This document shows positions 36,850 to 47,317 of a stretch of DNA of 64,000 nucleotides, in pieces. The stretch lies in assembly GCA_019239825.1 (NCBI GenBank), contig JAFAZK010000156.1, forward strand, positions 3,080 through 67,079. Direction: 5' to 3'. The position numbers were made by a program, and so were the translations under genes. The stretch is from Verrucomicrobiota bacterium (lineage in GTDB: Bacteria > Verrucomicrobiota > Verrucomicrobiia > Chthoniobacterales > JAFAMB01). The notes under the pieces were generated by a model. That model saw only the letters and a program-made list of their open reading frames with translations, was not told where the DNA came from and searched no databases. How positions within the stretch are numbered: the stretch's first letter is position 1; each line of letters opens with the position of its first letter.

Positions 36850-37398
36850 ATGCGACCCCTTCGGTATTCCATCAACGTCACCTTGGACGGGTGCTACGAT
36901 CATCGGGTAATGCTCGCGGACGAAGACTTACATCGTCACGCGGTTGAGAATCTAGCCCAGGCCGATGCGCTCCTCTTTGGCCGGGTTACCTACGAAATGA
37001 TGGAGGCAGCGTGGCGGTCACCGGCGCCGCCGGGAGCGAGGCCTGATTGGATGGAGCCTTTCGCCCGGACGATCGACGTGGCCAAGAAATACGTAGTGTC
37101 GAGCACCCTGGAGCGAGTTGATTGGAACGCCGAACTCGTGCGCGGGGATCTAGTGAAGGCTGTTCAGCAGCTCAAGCGAGAGCCGGGTAAAGGGTTGTTC
37201 GTGGGAGGCGTTAAGCTCGCGCTGGCGTTGGCGGAGCAAGGGTTGATAGATGAGTACGAGTTCGTGGTGCATCCCCGACTGCTGGGCCACGGACCGACGT
37301 TGTTCGCGGGGCTGTCGGAGGAGGTTGATTTAAGACTTGTGGGCCGGTTGGAGTTCGCCTCGGGGGCGGTCGCGATGCGGTATGAGCCGAGAAGATAG
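36850..37398 (+). CDS. Dihydrofolate reductase family protein (RibD C-terminal domain-like)
   Basis: MRPLRYSINVTLDGCYDH N-terminus and a 182-aa length, typical of the family. Confidence 0.8.
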   Translation: MRPLRYSINVTLDGCYDHRVMLADEDLHRHAVENLAQADALLFGRVTYEMMEAAWRSPAPPGARPDWMEPFARTIDVAKKYVVSSTLERVDWNAELVRGDLVKAVQQLKREPGKGLFVGGVKLALALAEQGLIDEYEFVVHPRLLGHGPTLFAGLSEEVDLRLVGRLEFASGAVAMRYEPRR

Positions 37399-37677
37399 TC
37401 ATTGGGCTGGCTGGCCCGAGCCGGCCGATTCATGGAACAACTCGGGAAGATCTAGGGGAAAATACTCCGATCCGGCGGTAGTTGAATCTTGGGCTTTCCT
37501 AAGGCGCCATTTGTAGAAGGACCATCTAACGGGAATTGAATTGGTTCGTTCTGGTCTTACCTCGGTCAAGGTGATTCTTGAGCCGTAAGGGTCCATCGTG
37601 CCTACTGTGGAGAAGCAATAGCCTGTGTTCAATCCAGCGAACGCCAATATAGAACGAATCCCATCTCTTATCGAATT

Positions 37678-38436
37678 ATGAGTTATTCTAACCTCACACT
37701 ACTTGATGGTCGAATTGCCATTGTCACTGGAGGGGCAAGAGGAATCGGACTGGAAACTGCGAAGGCCTTCAAAGACAACGGCGCCACCGTGGTCACCGTC
37801 GATATCAATCGGGAAACCGGAATAAAGGCCGCGCTGGAGTTAGGAATCGATTTCATTCAGGCTGACCTGACGCAGTCAAGCCAAGTTAGAGAGCTGGCGG
37901 CCGAGGTCCGCTCAAAACATGGACGGATCGATATCGCATTCAACAACGCCGGGATTGCCGTGAGCCTAGACTCTGAAAGCTGCTCCGATGAAGATTGGCA
38001 CAGAGTCATTAACATCAATTTGCACGCGGTATTTTATTGTTGCCGGGAGTTCGGCAAGGTGATGCTTGAACAGGGGAAGGGGAGTATTATCAACACTGCT
38101 TCGATGTCAGGCGTAATCTCGAATGCGCCGCAACCGCAAGCTGCCTATAACGTATCAAAAGCAGGAGTGATCATGTTGACAAAGTCGTTGGCCGGCGAAT
38201 GGGCTAAGCGTGGCGTTCGCGTGAATAGTATCTCGCCCGGCTATGTAGGCACAGACATGACTAAGCCGGGAATGTTAAACCCCGACTGGTACCCAACCTG
38301 GATGCAATTCACGCCCATGGGCCGTGTCGGTGAACCGTGGGAGATTGCTCCGGCCGTAGTCTTTTTAGCCTCGGACGCCAGCAGTTATTGCACGGGCAGC
38401 AACTTGGTTATGGACGGCGGTTATACGGCATGGTGA
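37678..38436 (+). CDS. SDR family oxidoreductase
   Basis: VTGGARGIGLET, NNAG and YNVSKAGV motifs. Confidence 0.9.
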   Translation: MSYSNLTLLDGRIAIVTGGARGIGLETAKAFKDNGATVVTVDINRETGIKAALELGIDFIQADLTQSSQVRELAAEVRSKHGRIDIAFNNAGIAVSLDSESCSDEDWHRVININLHAVFYCCREFGKVMLEQGKGSIINTASMSGVISNAPQPQAAYNVSKAGVIMLTKSLAGEWAKRGVRVNSISPGYVGTDMTKPGMLNPDWYPTWMQFTPMGRVGEPWEIAPAVVFLASDASSYCTGSNLVMDGGYTAW

Positions 38437-38467
38437 TGTATATCCAGCTTCCGAATCCATCGATTAA

Positions 38468-39226
38468 ATGAGCGAAAGCCACCATAGCAACAACCGCATG
38501 AAAGGATTGGAAAAAGGCCCTATTCTCGTGACCGGGGCGAGCGGCGGCATAGGCGCCGCCACGGTGAGACAACTCGTGACCGCAGGCGCAGAAGTCGTCG
38601 CCAGCGGCCGCAATTTGGAGCAACTCAAATCGCTGTCCCACGCCACGGGCTGCCGCACGCTGCCATTCGACCTGACCTCGGAGGATAGCGTTCGCGAGGC
38701 CCTGGAGAATCTCGATGTCTACGGGGTGGTAAACTGTGGAGGCTTCGGCGGCGAAATCGCCACACCGATGGACACGGACATCTCCGTTTTCGACAAGGTA
38801 ATCTCTATCAACGCACGTGGTGCGCTTCTCGTGACAAAATATACGTCGATTTCGATGATCCGATTGGGGAAGGGGGGCGCAATCGTCAACGTGTCCAGCC
38901 AAGCATCTCTCGTCGCGCTTCATGGACATATCTCCTACGGCTCTTCGAAAGCAGCGCTGGATAACATTACGCGGGTTTCTGCCCTCGAACTTGGCCGATA
39001 TGGAATACGGGTGAACAGCGTCAACCCGACCGTCGTCATGACGGAAATGTCTGCGTTCTATTGGGGACGTCCGGAAATCGGCGATCCGTTCCTGGCCAGC
39101 ATGCCTCTTGGGAGGTGGGCCACGGAAGATGAGATCGCGGCCCCGATCGTGTTCCTGCTGAGCGATGGCGCTTCGATGATCACCGGCGTCAGTCTGCCCA
39201 TCGACGGTGGATTCACGGCGGCGTGA
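38468..39226 (+). CDS. SDR family oxidoreductase (carbonyl/xylulose reductase-like)
   Basis: VTGASGGIGAAT and YGSSKAAL motifs. Alternative ATG at 38498. Confidence 0.88.
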   Translation: MSESHHSNNRMKGLEKGPILVTGASGGIGAATVRQLVTAGAEVVASGRNLEQLKSLSHATGCRTLPFDLTSEDSVREALENLDVYGVVNCGGFGGEIATPMDTDISVFDKVISINARGALLVTKYTSISMIRLGKGGAIVNVSSQASLVALHGHISYGSSKAALDNITRVSALELGRYGIRVNSVNPTVVMTEMSAFYWGRPEIGDPFLASMPLGRWATEDEIAAPIVFLLSDGASMITGVSLPIDGGFTAA

Positions 39227-39253
39227 GCTAAAGCATAGCAGACAGCTCGCCGC

Positions 39254-39430
39254 TCAAACAATTTGATGAGATCCCAAGGGCCCGAAGGACGAGCCGATCA
39301 TTCCAGTCAGCCAATAAAAACTGATGCCGGCCAGCAACTGGTCGAGCGTAAATACGGTTTCGAGATTGCCGGGCGGATTCGTATCCTGCTTAGCCAGATA
39401 AACGGAAGATCGGTTTCCGGCCTGAGCAGA
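39254..39430 (-). pseudogene. Possible remnant of an epoxide hydrolase-type alpha/beta hydrolase
   Basis: Start-less 58-codon open frame reading ...DTNPPGNLETVFTLDQLLAGISFYWLTGMIGSSFGPL.... It resembles the conserved C-terminal segment of bacterial epoxide hydrolases as I remember them. Confidence 0.3.
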
Positions 39431-39502
39431 TCACGCCGGTACGCTGCTACCACAGCGTGATGCCGACGCTCCGGTTGCAGCCATTACCTGTAATAACTTT
39501 TC

Positions 39503-39889
39503 CTAGATCTGAGCTTCGATAGCTGCCTTATCGATCACCGACCAAACGCGCCGAATTTGTTCCCGCTCAAATTCGTAGAATACGTTCTCGGTAAAGGAAA
39601 CTCTCTTCCCGTTTACATCGAGGCCAAGGAACTTTTGCCTCGGTGAACAGTCGAAGGTGAGCCGGCTGGCTACATAAGACGAATCAGCAACTAACAGTTG
39701 AATATTGAAATGAAGATCGGGGATTTCAGAAAAGTCCTTCTCCAGCAGGCGGCGATAACCTGCTAACCCGATCTGCTGAGCGTTGTATTGGACTTGACTA
39801 TGTACGAACTGGTTCAGCCTCGGTAAGTCTCGCTCATTGAGACAATCGATATAGTCTCGATAAATGGCGGACAGCTCGGTTTTAATCAT
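39503..39889 (-). CDS. Ester cyclase / SnoaL-like polyketide cyclase family protein
   Basis: 128 aa. LSAIYRDYIDCLNERDLPRLNQFV pattern. Divergent from an HxlR regulator. Confidence 0.75.
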   Translation of the reverse strand: MIKTELSAIYRDYIDCLNERDLPRLNQFVHSQVQYNAQQIGLAGYRRLLEKDFSEIPDLHFNIQLLVADSSYVASRLTFDCSPRQKFLGLDVNGKRVSFTENVFYEFEREQIRRVWSVIDKAAIEAQI

Positions 39890-40001
39890 GGTATCTGCTC
39901 CTCTACATTTTCGGTATGGTCACGATAGCCTGATAGGCCGGCATGGATTGCCTTGATGAAGACACTACGCCTAACATTTATCATGACAAGTAGACACTGT
40001 T

Positions 40002-40379
40002 TTGGTAGATACTATCAAAACAGGAAGTAAAGAGTTCTTGCGCGCGAAATCATCAAATTGGAAAACGGGCTGCTCTGTGGAAGCTGCGCTCTCGGTCATC
40101 GGGGGGATCTGGAAGCCCGTCATTCTGTTTCATCTATTGGAGCGCAAGATGCGCTTCGGAGAGCTCTCACGTTTGGTTCCCAATGCCACCCAAAGGATGC
40201 TGACTCTTCAGCTGAGAGAGCTGGAAGCAGATAAAGTGATCACTCGCCAGGTGTATCGTGAAGTTCCACCACGGGTAGAATATTCTCTGACTGAACTTGG
40301 TAAGACGCTGGAGCCGGTGCTTCTGAGCTTAAGAGACTGGGGCGATAAATATAAGTTCCGGAAAAATACCCGCGAATAG
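40002..40379 (+). CDS. HxlR family transcriptional regulator
   Basis: CSVEAALSVIGGIWKPVILFHLL...RFGEL...I...MLTLQLRELEADKVITR...PPRVEYSLTELG is canonical HxlR. TTG start at 40002. Confidence 0.88.
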   Translation: MVDTIKTGSKEFLRAKSSNWKTGCSVEAALSVIGGIWKPVILFHLLERKMRFGELSRLVPNATQRMLTLQLRELEADKVITRQVYREVPPRVEYSLTELGKTLEPVLLSLRDWGDKYKFRKNTRE

Positions 40380-40658
40380 GACCGCCGCTTCAGCTTACTT
40401 TCGCGGCCGCACTCAGGACGCTTTTAAATTGCCAAAAGGCGATCTCACGATTGGGTCGAGTCTCTGCGGCCTGATTTTGATGATTTCGTGTAAACCATGG
40501 CGGGACGTAATCGGTAAAATCTAACCGATGCCGAGGCTACTATCGTTATGATGGTGGGATCTATCGCCAGCGGTACTAACGTAATGGGCGCTCACACTAT
40601 TATTAGCTGAGATGATTGATTACGTTGACGTTGCTCCATCCATAAGCCATTCATAAAT

Positions 40659-41168
40659 ATGAGACCCGCACTTTATGCAAGCTGTGCAATAGGGTTGTTA
40701 GTCGGTGGCCTGGGTTGCGCCACCCAAGGCACTGGCGGGGGTGGGGCTGTCGCCAGCGCCGTAGTGACGGTTCAGTATACTAATCCACAGAGCTTCACGG
40801 ATTTCCGTGTTCAAGGTCGCGATGTCCAGTACTCTACGTCGACCTTCACCGGGGAGGTCACGCGGACGCTGGAACCAGTGATGGCAAGTCAATTTCCCGG
40901 GTATAGGCTTACCCTGCAATTTACTAACATCGATCTGGCGGGGCAGCGCACCACGGGTCCCAGATCCGTGAGGGTGGTTCGCACGCGTCACCCTGCGCGC
41001 CTCTCCTTTAATTATGTGTTACAGGATAAATCGGGAAAGGCAGCAGCGAGCGGCTCGCGAACACTCGTTCAAACGTCAACGGCCCGCGGTCCCAGTGCTT
41101 CTGGCACGGTAGGTGCGGAAACCCAAATGTTGCAAAGGTGGTTACGCGGACTTTCGGTGACCCGATGA
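40659..41168 (+). CDS. Lipoprotein, paralogue A (possibly DUF3016-like)
   Basis: Lipobox LGC. Clear similarity to 43692-44213 (shared blocks FTDFR..GRD, PVMA..FPG..L.L.. and LSFNYVLQ/LAFNYVLQ). Confidence 0.65.
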   Translation: MRPALYASCAIGLLVGGLGCATQGTGGGGAVASAVVTVQYTNPQSFTDFRVQGRDVQYSTSTFTGEVTRTLEPVMASQFPGYRLTLQFTNIDLAGQRTTGPRSVRVVRTRHPARLSFNYVLQDKSGKAAASGSRTLVQTSTARGPSASGTVGAETQMLQRWLRGLSVTR

Positions 41169-41431
41169 AGGAGAAGGCTCGTTAAGTGAGCCTGCTGCTT
41201 CAAGGTCAGGCAAATGGTCGAGCGCAGTTTTGACACTATTAGGCTTCCTTTACTCCTTTGAAGGGCTAGAGAGCGCTCTTCTCGCCTAACGGACGAGGCG
41301 ATGGCGAAACTGCGGCTCGGCTGTGGAGCGTAGCGGACGGAACTCTCGGGTAACTTCCGATTGCCCCTTCGGCGGTGATGTTTGCCGCCACGGCGATCGT
41401 TAGATGATCACGGCTTTATGAGCGCCCAGTT

Positions 41432-43066
41432 ATGACTGAATCGTCAACCTGGACTGCGTTAGGAAACGTTGCGTTCAGAAGGCTCTGGCTTGCAAACCTG
41501 CTCTCCGGCGCCGCGGTTGCGGCGCACGGCACAGCGGCCTTTTGGGTTTTGGACTCTCTGGGTAAATCAGACTCGACGCTGCTTCTTTCGCTGATGGCAA
41601 CACTTTCGTCGCTACCTTTTTCTCTGTTCACGCTACCGGCTGGCGCTATGGCCGATCTGGTAGACCGGAAGTGGATGTTATGCGGAGTAAGCATCTGGCA
41701 AGCCGCCATCGCGATTGGGTTGGCGGTTCTGGGAGTTATGCACCTGCTGAGTCCTTACATTGTTCTGGCCAGCGCTTTCCTCTTCGGAGCCGGTTTTGCG
41801 TTTGGGTCGCCGGCCTCCGCAGCGGTTATCGCAGAAATGGTTCCGGCGAAAGACTTGCCCGGTGCGAATAATCTCGGAGGGCTGCAGATGAATATCAGCG
41901 GCATTGTTGGACCTGCCCTCGGCGGAATTTTGATTGGGCTGATTGGAGCAAACTCGATCTTCGCGTTGAACGGGATGGCTTTCCTTTTGGTTTTAGCGGC
42001 GATCCTGTGGTGGAAACGACCGAGGCCGCAATCGCACCTTCCACTCGAAAGCTTTTTTGAGTCGTTCACCACGGCGATTCGCTATGTGCGGTATACCCCA
42101 GGAATCAGGATCATTCTGGCACGGAACGCGTTATTCTCATTCTTCATTTCTATTATCTCGGCATTGATGCCGGTTGTGGGTCTGGAGGAGTTACATCTCG
42201 AGCCTGCCAGTCTGGGATTTTTGTTCACGAGCATGGCAATCGGCTCGGTCATCTCTTCCATTTTCATTATTCCATGGGCACGCTCCCGTTATTCACCCCA
42301 AAGGGTAACGACCTATGCAGATTCTGCTCTAGTTTTGATTTGCCTGCTGATGGCAATTATTCGCTGGTCGAAGATGTTCCTGGTGATCGCGGCACTGGCT
42401 GGTGTCGGATGGACCCTAGCATCAACGGAGCTCTGGATAGCAGGTCAGCGCGCCATGCCTGACTGGGCCCGTGGGCGCATGAACGCGACGATCATTATGG
42501 TCTCTCAAGGAGCAACCGCGCTGGGGAGTGCAGTCTGGGGAACCGCAGCTGCTAACTTCGGATTAGTTTCTCCTTTTCTGGCAGCAGCTGGTCTCTCAGT
42601 AATCGCCATGATCGTCACTCGCCTCCCTGCCTTTCGATTATCGATCGACTTCACGCAAGACTTGAATCTCGAATCCGCGCCGGTATCGATATTTTCCAAT
42701 AATCCGGCTCGAGTGTTTGGACCGGAGGAGGGTCCGCTTTCCATTTTAACAGAGTTTCAGGTCGACGCGGATCGTCGAGATGATTTTTTCGATCTGACGA
42801 GCAAAGTTCGGCTGATCTACCTGCGGAACGGCGCCTATAGTTGGCATTTAAAAGGCGATTTAGCCCAACCGAATCACTTCGAGATGGAAGTTATTGTCCC
42901 ATCTTGGACTCAGCATCTCCGCCAGCGCGAGCGCATGACTAAGGACGAAATGGAAATAATTCATGAACTCTATAGTCTGCATCGCGGCCCGGATGCACCG
43001 GAGGAATCGACCTCCCTTCATCTGGACAAGGAGGTTTTAGCCCGCAAGCCGCGATCTAGCGATTGA
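41432..43066 (+). CDS. MFS transporter (EntS/MFS_3-like) with soluble C-terminal extension
   Basis: N-terminus FRRLWLANLLSGAAVAAHGTAAFW and about 12 hydrophobic segments. 544 aa. Confidence 0.85.
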   Translation: MTESSTWTALGNVAFRRLWLANLLSGAAVAAHGTAAFWVLDSLGKSDSTLLLSLMATLSSLPFSLFTLPAGAMADLVDRKWMLCGVSIWQAAIAIGLAVLGVMHLLSPYIVLASAFLFGAGFAFGSPASAAVIAEMVPAKDLPGANNLGGLQMNISGIVGPALGGILIGLIGANSIFALNGMAFLLVLAAILWWKRPRPQSHLPLESFFESFTTAIRYVRYTPGIRIILARNALFSFFISIISALMPVVGLEELHLEPASLGFLFTSMAIGSVISSIFIIPWARSRYSPQRVTTYADSALVLICLLMAIIRWSKMFLVIAALAGVGWTLASTELWIAGQRAMPDWARGRMNATIIMVSQGATALGSAVWGTAAANFGLVSPFLAAAGLSVIAMIVTRLPAFRLSIDFTQDLNLESAPVSIFSNNPARVFGPEEGPLSILTEFQVDADRRDDFFDLTSKVRLIYLRNGAYSWHLKGDLAQPNHFEMEVIVPSWTQHLRQRERMTKDEMEIIHELYSLHRGPDAPEESTSLHLDKEVLARKPRSSD

Positions 43067-43156
43067 GGCCGCCGGATCGCCTCCAACTTGCGACGTCAAC
43101 AGCAAATCATCCTTGCCCGCCGAGCACCAAACCGTTACAAGACGTGAAGGACGTCA

Positions 43157-43681
43157 ATGCACACCAAAGACAGGGGTTGGCTAATCACCGGGGCCATTCT
43201 CTCCTTAATCGTGGGCTTTCTAGCTTTGAGCTCCCCGATTCTTTTTTCGTTTTTGATCGTGCGGCTGCTCGGGGTATTTGCCCTGGTGAGCGGCATCATC
43301 TCCTTATTGATTGCTATTTTCGGCAAAGATATCGCTGCTCGCGGGCTCAATGCTGTCTTTGCCCTGATTCGCATCGTCGCAGGCTTGGTTTTACTCTATT
43401 GTATCCCGTCGGGTTTGCGCATCCTTACCCTGGTCTTTGGAGCGTTTTTAATGGTTGAAGGCGTTTCGGCTATATTCGGCGCGTTCAAAATCCGGCGGCA
43501 AGCTGGCTGGCTTCTCCTGTTGCTCAACGGCATAGTCACGCTGGCGCTCGGCCTGATGGTCTACGCCCACTGGCCCACGGGTGCTGTCTGGATACTAGGT
43601 CTCTTTTTCGGTATCAGCTTAATTTGCCACGGTTTTGCACTGTTGGTGCTTGGTATCTCGGGTTCCAAAACGATCGGTTGA
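43157..43681 (+). CDS. HdeD family acid-resistance membrane protein (DUF308 repeats)
   Basis: GWLITGAILSLIVGFLAL and repeated DUF308-type helices. 174 aa. Confidence 0.75.
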   Translation: MHTKDRGWLITGAILSLIVGFLALSSPILFSFLIVRLLGVFALVSGIISLLIAIFGKDIAARGLNAVFALIRIVAGLVLLYCIPSGLRILTLVFGAFLMVEGVSAIFGAFKIRRQAGWLLLLLNGIVTLALGLMVYAHWPTGAVWILGLFFGISLICHGFALLVLGISGSKTIG

Positions 43682-43691
43682 GCATGCGGTT

Positions 43692-44213
43692 ATGAAACTA
43701 AGACTTTACGCAATCTGCGGGCTCGGAATTCTCATGGGGACTTTTGGGTGTGCTACTAGAAGCGAGCAGCCCGTCTCGAACGCTGCCCCGTCCGCGCCGG
43801 CCGTGGTCAGAATTGATTTTGTTAATCCGGGAGGATTTACCGACTTTCGCATCAACGGTAGAGACGCCCAGCGTTCATCGCCGATCTTTACTCGAGACGT
43901 GAGCAGCGCCCTCAGACCTGTGATGGCCAGACGATTTCCCGGCCATACGCTCAACTTGCGATATACCGACATCAATCTGTCCGGCCGTACTACATCCGGG
44001 TCCCCAGGGGTGAAGGTGGTTCCGACTCGTGGGGGGCGTTCTTGGCTCGCGTTCAACTATGTGCTGCAGAATCCATCCGGTCGGACAATAGCCAGTGGTT
44101 CACGAAGACTCGTTGCCAGAGAGCCTGTGTCGCCGTCCCAGAATCGTGCTCGTCCGGTGCAGATAGAAGCCGACTTGATGCGAACTTGGCTGCAAGGACT
44201 CAGAGTTCCCTAA
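43692..44213 (+). CDS. Lipoprotein, paralogue B (possibly DUF3016-like)
   Basis: ATG at 43692 gives MKLRLYAICGLGILMGTFGC (lipobox). Homologous to 40659-41168. Confidence 0.65.
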   Translation: MKLRLYAICGLGILMGTFGCATRSEQPVSNAAPSAPAVVRIDFVNPGGFTDFRINGRDAQRSSPIFTRDVSSALRPVMARRFPGHTLNLRYTDINLSGRTTSGSPGVKVVPTRGGRSWLAFNYVLQNPSGRTIASGSRRLVAREPVSPSQNRARPVQIEADLMRTWLQGLRVP

Positions 44214-44284
44214 TGAACGGCTAACCAGAAGTTTTCAGTTTAGAATGCGGACTCTCCGGATCCCCTTGGTAAGCCGACAGGCTC

Positions 44285-44797
44285 CTAGGTTTTCCTCCGC
44301 CAGATCCGACGCACGGCTGGGTGCGGCGGCTCTCCTTCGACTTTCAACGTCTGAGTTAGAACGAGTGTATTTCCGCCATCGGCCAGTGTGCGAGTAATGG
44401 TAAGTTCAGCATTCTTGTTATCCCTAGTCCGAAACGCACTGATCGAGATCAGCTCTTTGCCGTGATTTGACCAGACGTTTCGAATTGTGTAGGACCCCGT
44501 TCTCTTCTCGGTCTTCGTCTCTGTGGCACCGTCCAACCGCAGCTGTTCAGTCCGAGAAAAGAAGGGTCCTCGGGTAGTGATCGTCAGAAGGTTCTTAGAC
44601 TGGCGATACGTAGATTCAAGCTTCGTTGAACCTGCAAATATCAGCTCCAAAGCGGAAGCTCCCATACGCTTGAGTATTGCATCGGGGGAGTCCGATGTTT
44701 TGAGGTCGAGTACCCAGGTACCGCTGAAATCGACCAAGGCCAGACCGAATACACTCAAGCCGAGTAAAGTTATGAATGTTGCCAGGAACAGGCGCAT
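44285..44797 (-). CDS. Hypothetical secreted protein
   Basis: Signal peptide MRLFLATFITLLGLSVFGLA, with beta-rich composition after it. No family recognised. Confidence 0.55.
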   Translation of the reverse strand: MRLFLATFITLLGLSVFGLALVDFSGTWVLDLKTSDSPDAILKRMGASALELIFAGSTKLESTYRQSKNLLTITTRGPFFSRTEQLRLDGATETKTEKRTGSYTIRNVWSNHGKELISISAFRTRDNKNAELTITRTLADGGNTLVLTQTLKVEGEPPHPAVRRIWRRKT

Positions 44798-45043
44798 GAC
44801 TGCAAACGTTTCGATTGGGCTACTTCACTTGGCGCCGACGCATTCGCCAGAGCTCGAAATCAGTTACTTTGTGCTCCGTCCGCTTCTCCGCAATTCTCAG
44901 CCCCACCGATTGGATAAATGACAGTCTTGCACTCTGGTGTAGGAGGTACCCGGAGCGATTCAGCTGCAACGGCTTGAAAAGCAAAACTCGTTGCTCGGGA
45001 CGGGCGGAGATTCTCGAGGAGGTCCGCTTTGAGACTCCTATGG

Positions 45044-45556
45044 CTACACGGCTTTGCTCAGCGCAGCCTTTAACCTGGCTTCGTCTTCGTTAGAGAGTGA
45101 AGTTTTTAGCACGCGGGGCTTGTAGGGCTCAATCTCGGCCAACACCTTGTCTTCGGTCACGTTTTTGACCAGGACAAAGAGCGCCGAAGAATTCACGGGA
45201 ATCGTCTCACCGAGTTTCTTCACAAAATCATCATTGATTCCATAGTCCGTAAGGGAGCCTGACAACGCCCCGGCGCCAGCCCCGGCGGCCGCGCCGATTA
45301 CCATGCCGGCGAGTGGATTTAGAAAAAGAATGCCCACCAGCGCACCCCACAAAGCTCCCATGCTACCGCCGCGTGCGGCCCCGAGCGCCGTCAGATTGAC
45401 GGCCTGCTTGATATGAACTTTGCCATCTTTATCACGCTCGACCACGCAGGCATCTTCCAAGTCGATCAAATTCTCCTTTTGCAGCGAGCGGACTTTATTC
45501 AAAACCTCATCGGCCGTGTGAATGCCGTCAAAATCAAGTACAATCAGGGTGCTCAT
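45044..45556 (-). CDS. DUF1269 domain membrane protein
   Basis: MSTLIVLDFDGIHTADEVLNKVRSLQKENLIDLEDACVVERDKDGKVHIKQ followed by a Gly-rich membrane segment, as in DUF1269 proteins. Confidence 0.75.
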   Translation of the reverse strand: MSTLIVLDFDGIHTADEVLNKVRSLQKENLIDLEDACVVERDKDGKVHIKQAVNLTALGAARGGSMGALWGALVGILFLNPLAGMVIGAAAGAGAGALSGSLTDYGINDDFVKKLGETIPVNSSALFVLVKNVTEDKVLAEIEPYKPRVLKTSLSNEDEARLKAALSKAV

Positions 45557-46052
45557 CGATTTCTCCTCACTTCAATCTCACAATCACGATGCGTCGCCCG
45601 CCAATGCGCAGAATGAGCCATTGCTGGTCCTTGCGAAAGGCAATTAGGGTACGACGCAACGCTGCTCAAGACCTGTCCTCGCACGCTACGCCTGATTAGC
45701 TCGTACCGGGGGGGAAGGGCAGGAGCAACGCAAAAGCTAAAATTGGAGGGGGGCTCCGTCAAGGTCTTACGCGATGTTTATGATAGGAAGTCCTCGGTAA
45801 TCCAGCCTCAAGATGGGTCGCAGTGCCATGCGCGTCAGCTTAGCTTGACCAAGGGGTGTGCGGCTGCTTGGTAGCGGCGACTATCCAATGAGGCCGAACG
45901 GCGGGCTTTAAATCGTGATCGTATCGAAGCCGAAGGCGTGGCGGCTACCGGGGGGCTCGTGGCATCTCCTGTTAGGTAGACGCCGGCGGGTCGCGGCGTC
46001 CCGAGTCCAGAATTCATTTGATCTTTCATGGCGATGCGATGAAGGCTTCCGC

Positions 46053-47063
46053 ATGGAGACCCGGAAACCGATTGTCGGGGTCTTTGATACTAAGCCCTAC
46101 GACCGCGACTACCTTACCCGTGCCGTGGGATCGGGAGAAGTGGCTTGGCACTTTCACGACTTCCGGTTGGAGCCCGAAACCGCTCTCGCCGCGAAAGGGG
46201 CACAGGCCGTGTGCGTGTTTGTCAACGATGTTGTGAATCGCGAGGTCGTCGAAGGCCTAGCCGCCTCGGGCGTCGGCTTAGTTGCGCTACGTTGTGCGGG
46301 ATTCAACAACGTGGATCTAACTGCTGTTAAGGAACTGGGCCTCGTCGTGACACGTGTACCGAGCTATTCCCCGCATGCCGTTGCCGAGCATGCCATCGCG
46401 CTCATTCTAGCGTTGAACCGTAAGATTTATCGCGCTTTTAACCGAGTCAGGGAGCTTAACTTTTCCCTGAACGGATTAGTGGGTTTCGACCTATACGGAA
46501 AGACGGCTGGTATTGTCGGTACCGGCAAAACGGGTCGAATCGTCGGTGAAATACTGCGCGGATTTCAAATGCGGGTGCTCGCTTCCGACCCTTATCCGAA
46601 CCAAGAATGGGCTGCTAAAAACGGGATTACATATGTGGAAATGAGTACTCTGGTGAAAGAGAGTGACCTGATTTCCCTGCATGCGCCTTTGACGCCCCAG
46701 ACCGATCGTATCATCAATGCCGAGACCTTGGCCCAGATGAAACCCGGAGTCATTCTCGTCAATGTTAGCCGCGGTCGCCTTGTTCATACCAAGGCCCTGA
46801 TCAAAGCTTTGAAGAGCGGCCACGTCGGCGGCGTTGCGCTGGATGTCTACGAGGAGGAAGAAGGCGTATTCTTTGAAGATCTCTCGTTGGAGATCTTGCA
46901 TGACGACGAACTGGCACGGCTGCTGACGTTTCCCAATGTGCTAGTGACCGCTCACCAGGCCTTTTTCACGCGCGAAGCGCTGAGCGAAATTGCCCGTGTC
47001 ACCGTCGAGAATGTTCGACGATTTGCCGGTAAGGAGGCTTTGCTCGAAGGGACGGTTCTGTAG
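46053..47063 (+). CDS. ldhA: D-lactate dehydrogenase / D-isomer-specific 2-hydroxyacid dehydrogenase
   Basis: VFDTKPYDRDYL N-terminus, GIVGTGKTGR NAD motif, and catalytic-region motifs (VSRG, HQAFFT). ATG at 46053; the upstream part of the long ORF looks non-coding. Confidence 0.85.
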   Translation: METRKPIVGVFDTKPYDRDYLTRAVGSGEVAWHFHDFRLEPETALAAKGAQAVCVFVNDVVNREVVEGLAASGVGLVALRCAGFNNVDLTAVKELGLVVTRVPSYSPHAVAEHAIALILALNRKIYRAFNRVRELNFSLNGLVGFDLYGKTAGIVGTGKTGRIVGEILRGFQMRVLASDPYPNQEWAAKNGITYVEMSTLVKESDLISLHAPLTPQTDRIINAETLAQMKPGVILVNVSRGRLVHTKALIKALKSGHVGGVALDVYEEEEGVFFEDLSLEILHDDELARLLTFPNVLVTAHQAFFTREALSEIARVTVENVRRFAGKEALLEGTVL

Positions 47064-47317
47064 CTTCGACTAGGGGTGGCAGCGTTTTCTGCCTGGCAGG
47101 GAACTTGCCTCCCGTAGTTGATGTGCACGTCAGGCGCACTCGGACTGATTTCCGAGTCTTTTGCATTTCTCAACTGAATCTTGTACATTTGGCCACCACG
47201 ATCGGCATCGTGCTCGTGGCCACCCCCCCGTTCCCGGATCAAAAGTGTTAGCAACAATGACGTGGGATACGTCTTGGGTGGATGAGTTCTCAAACGCTTG
47301 GGTAAAGGCTTCCGGAT

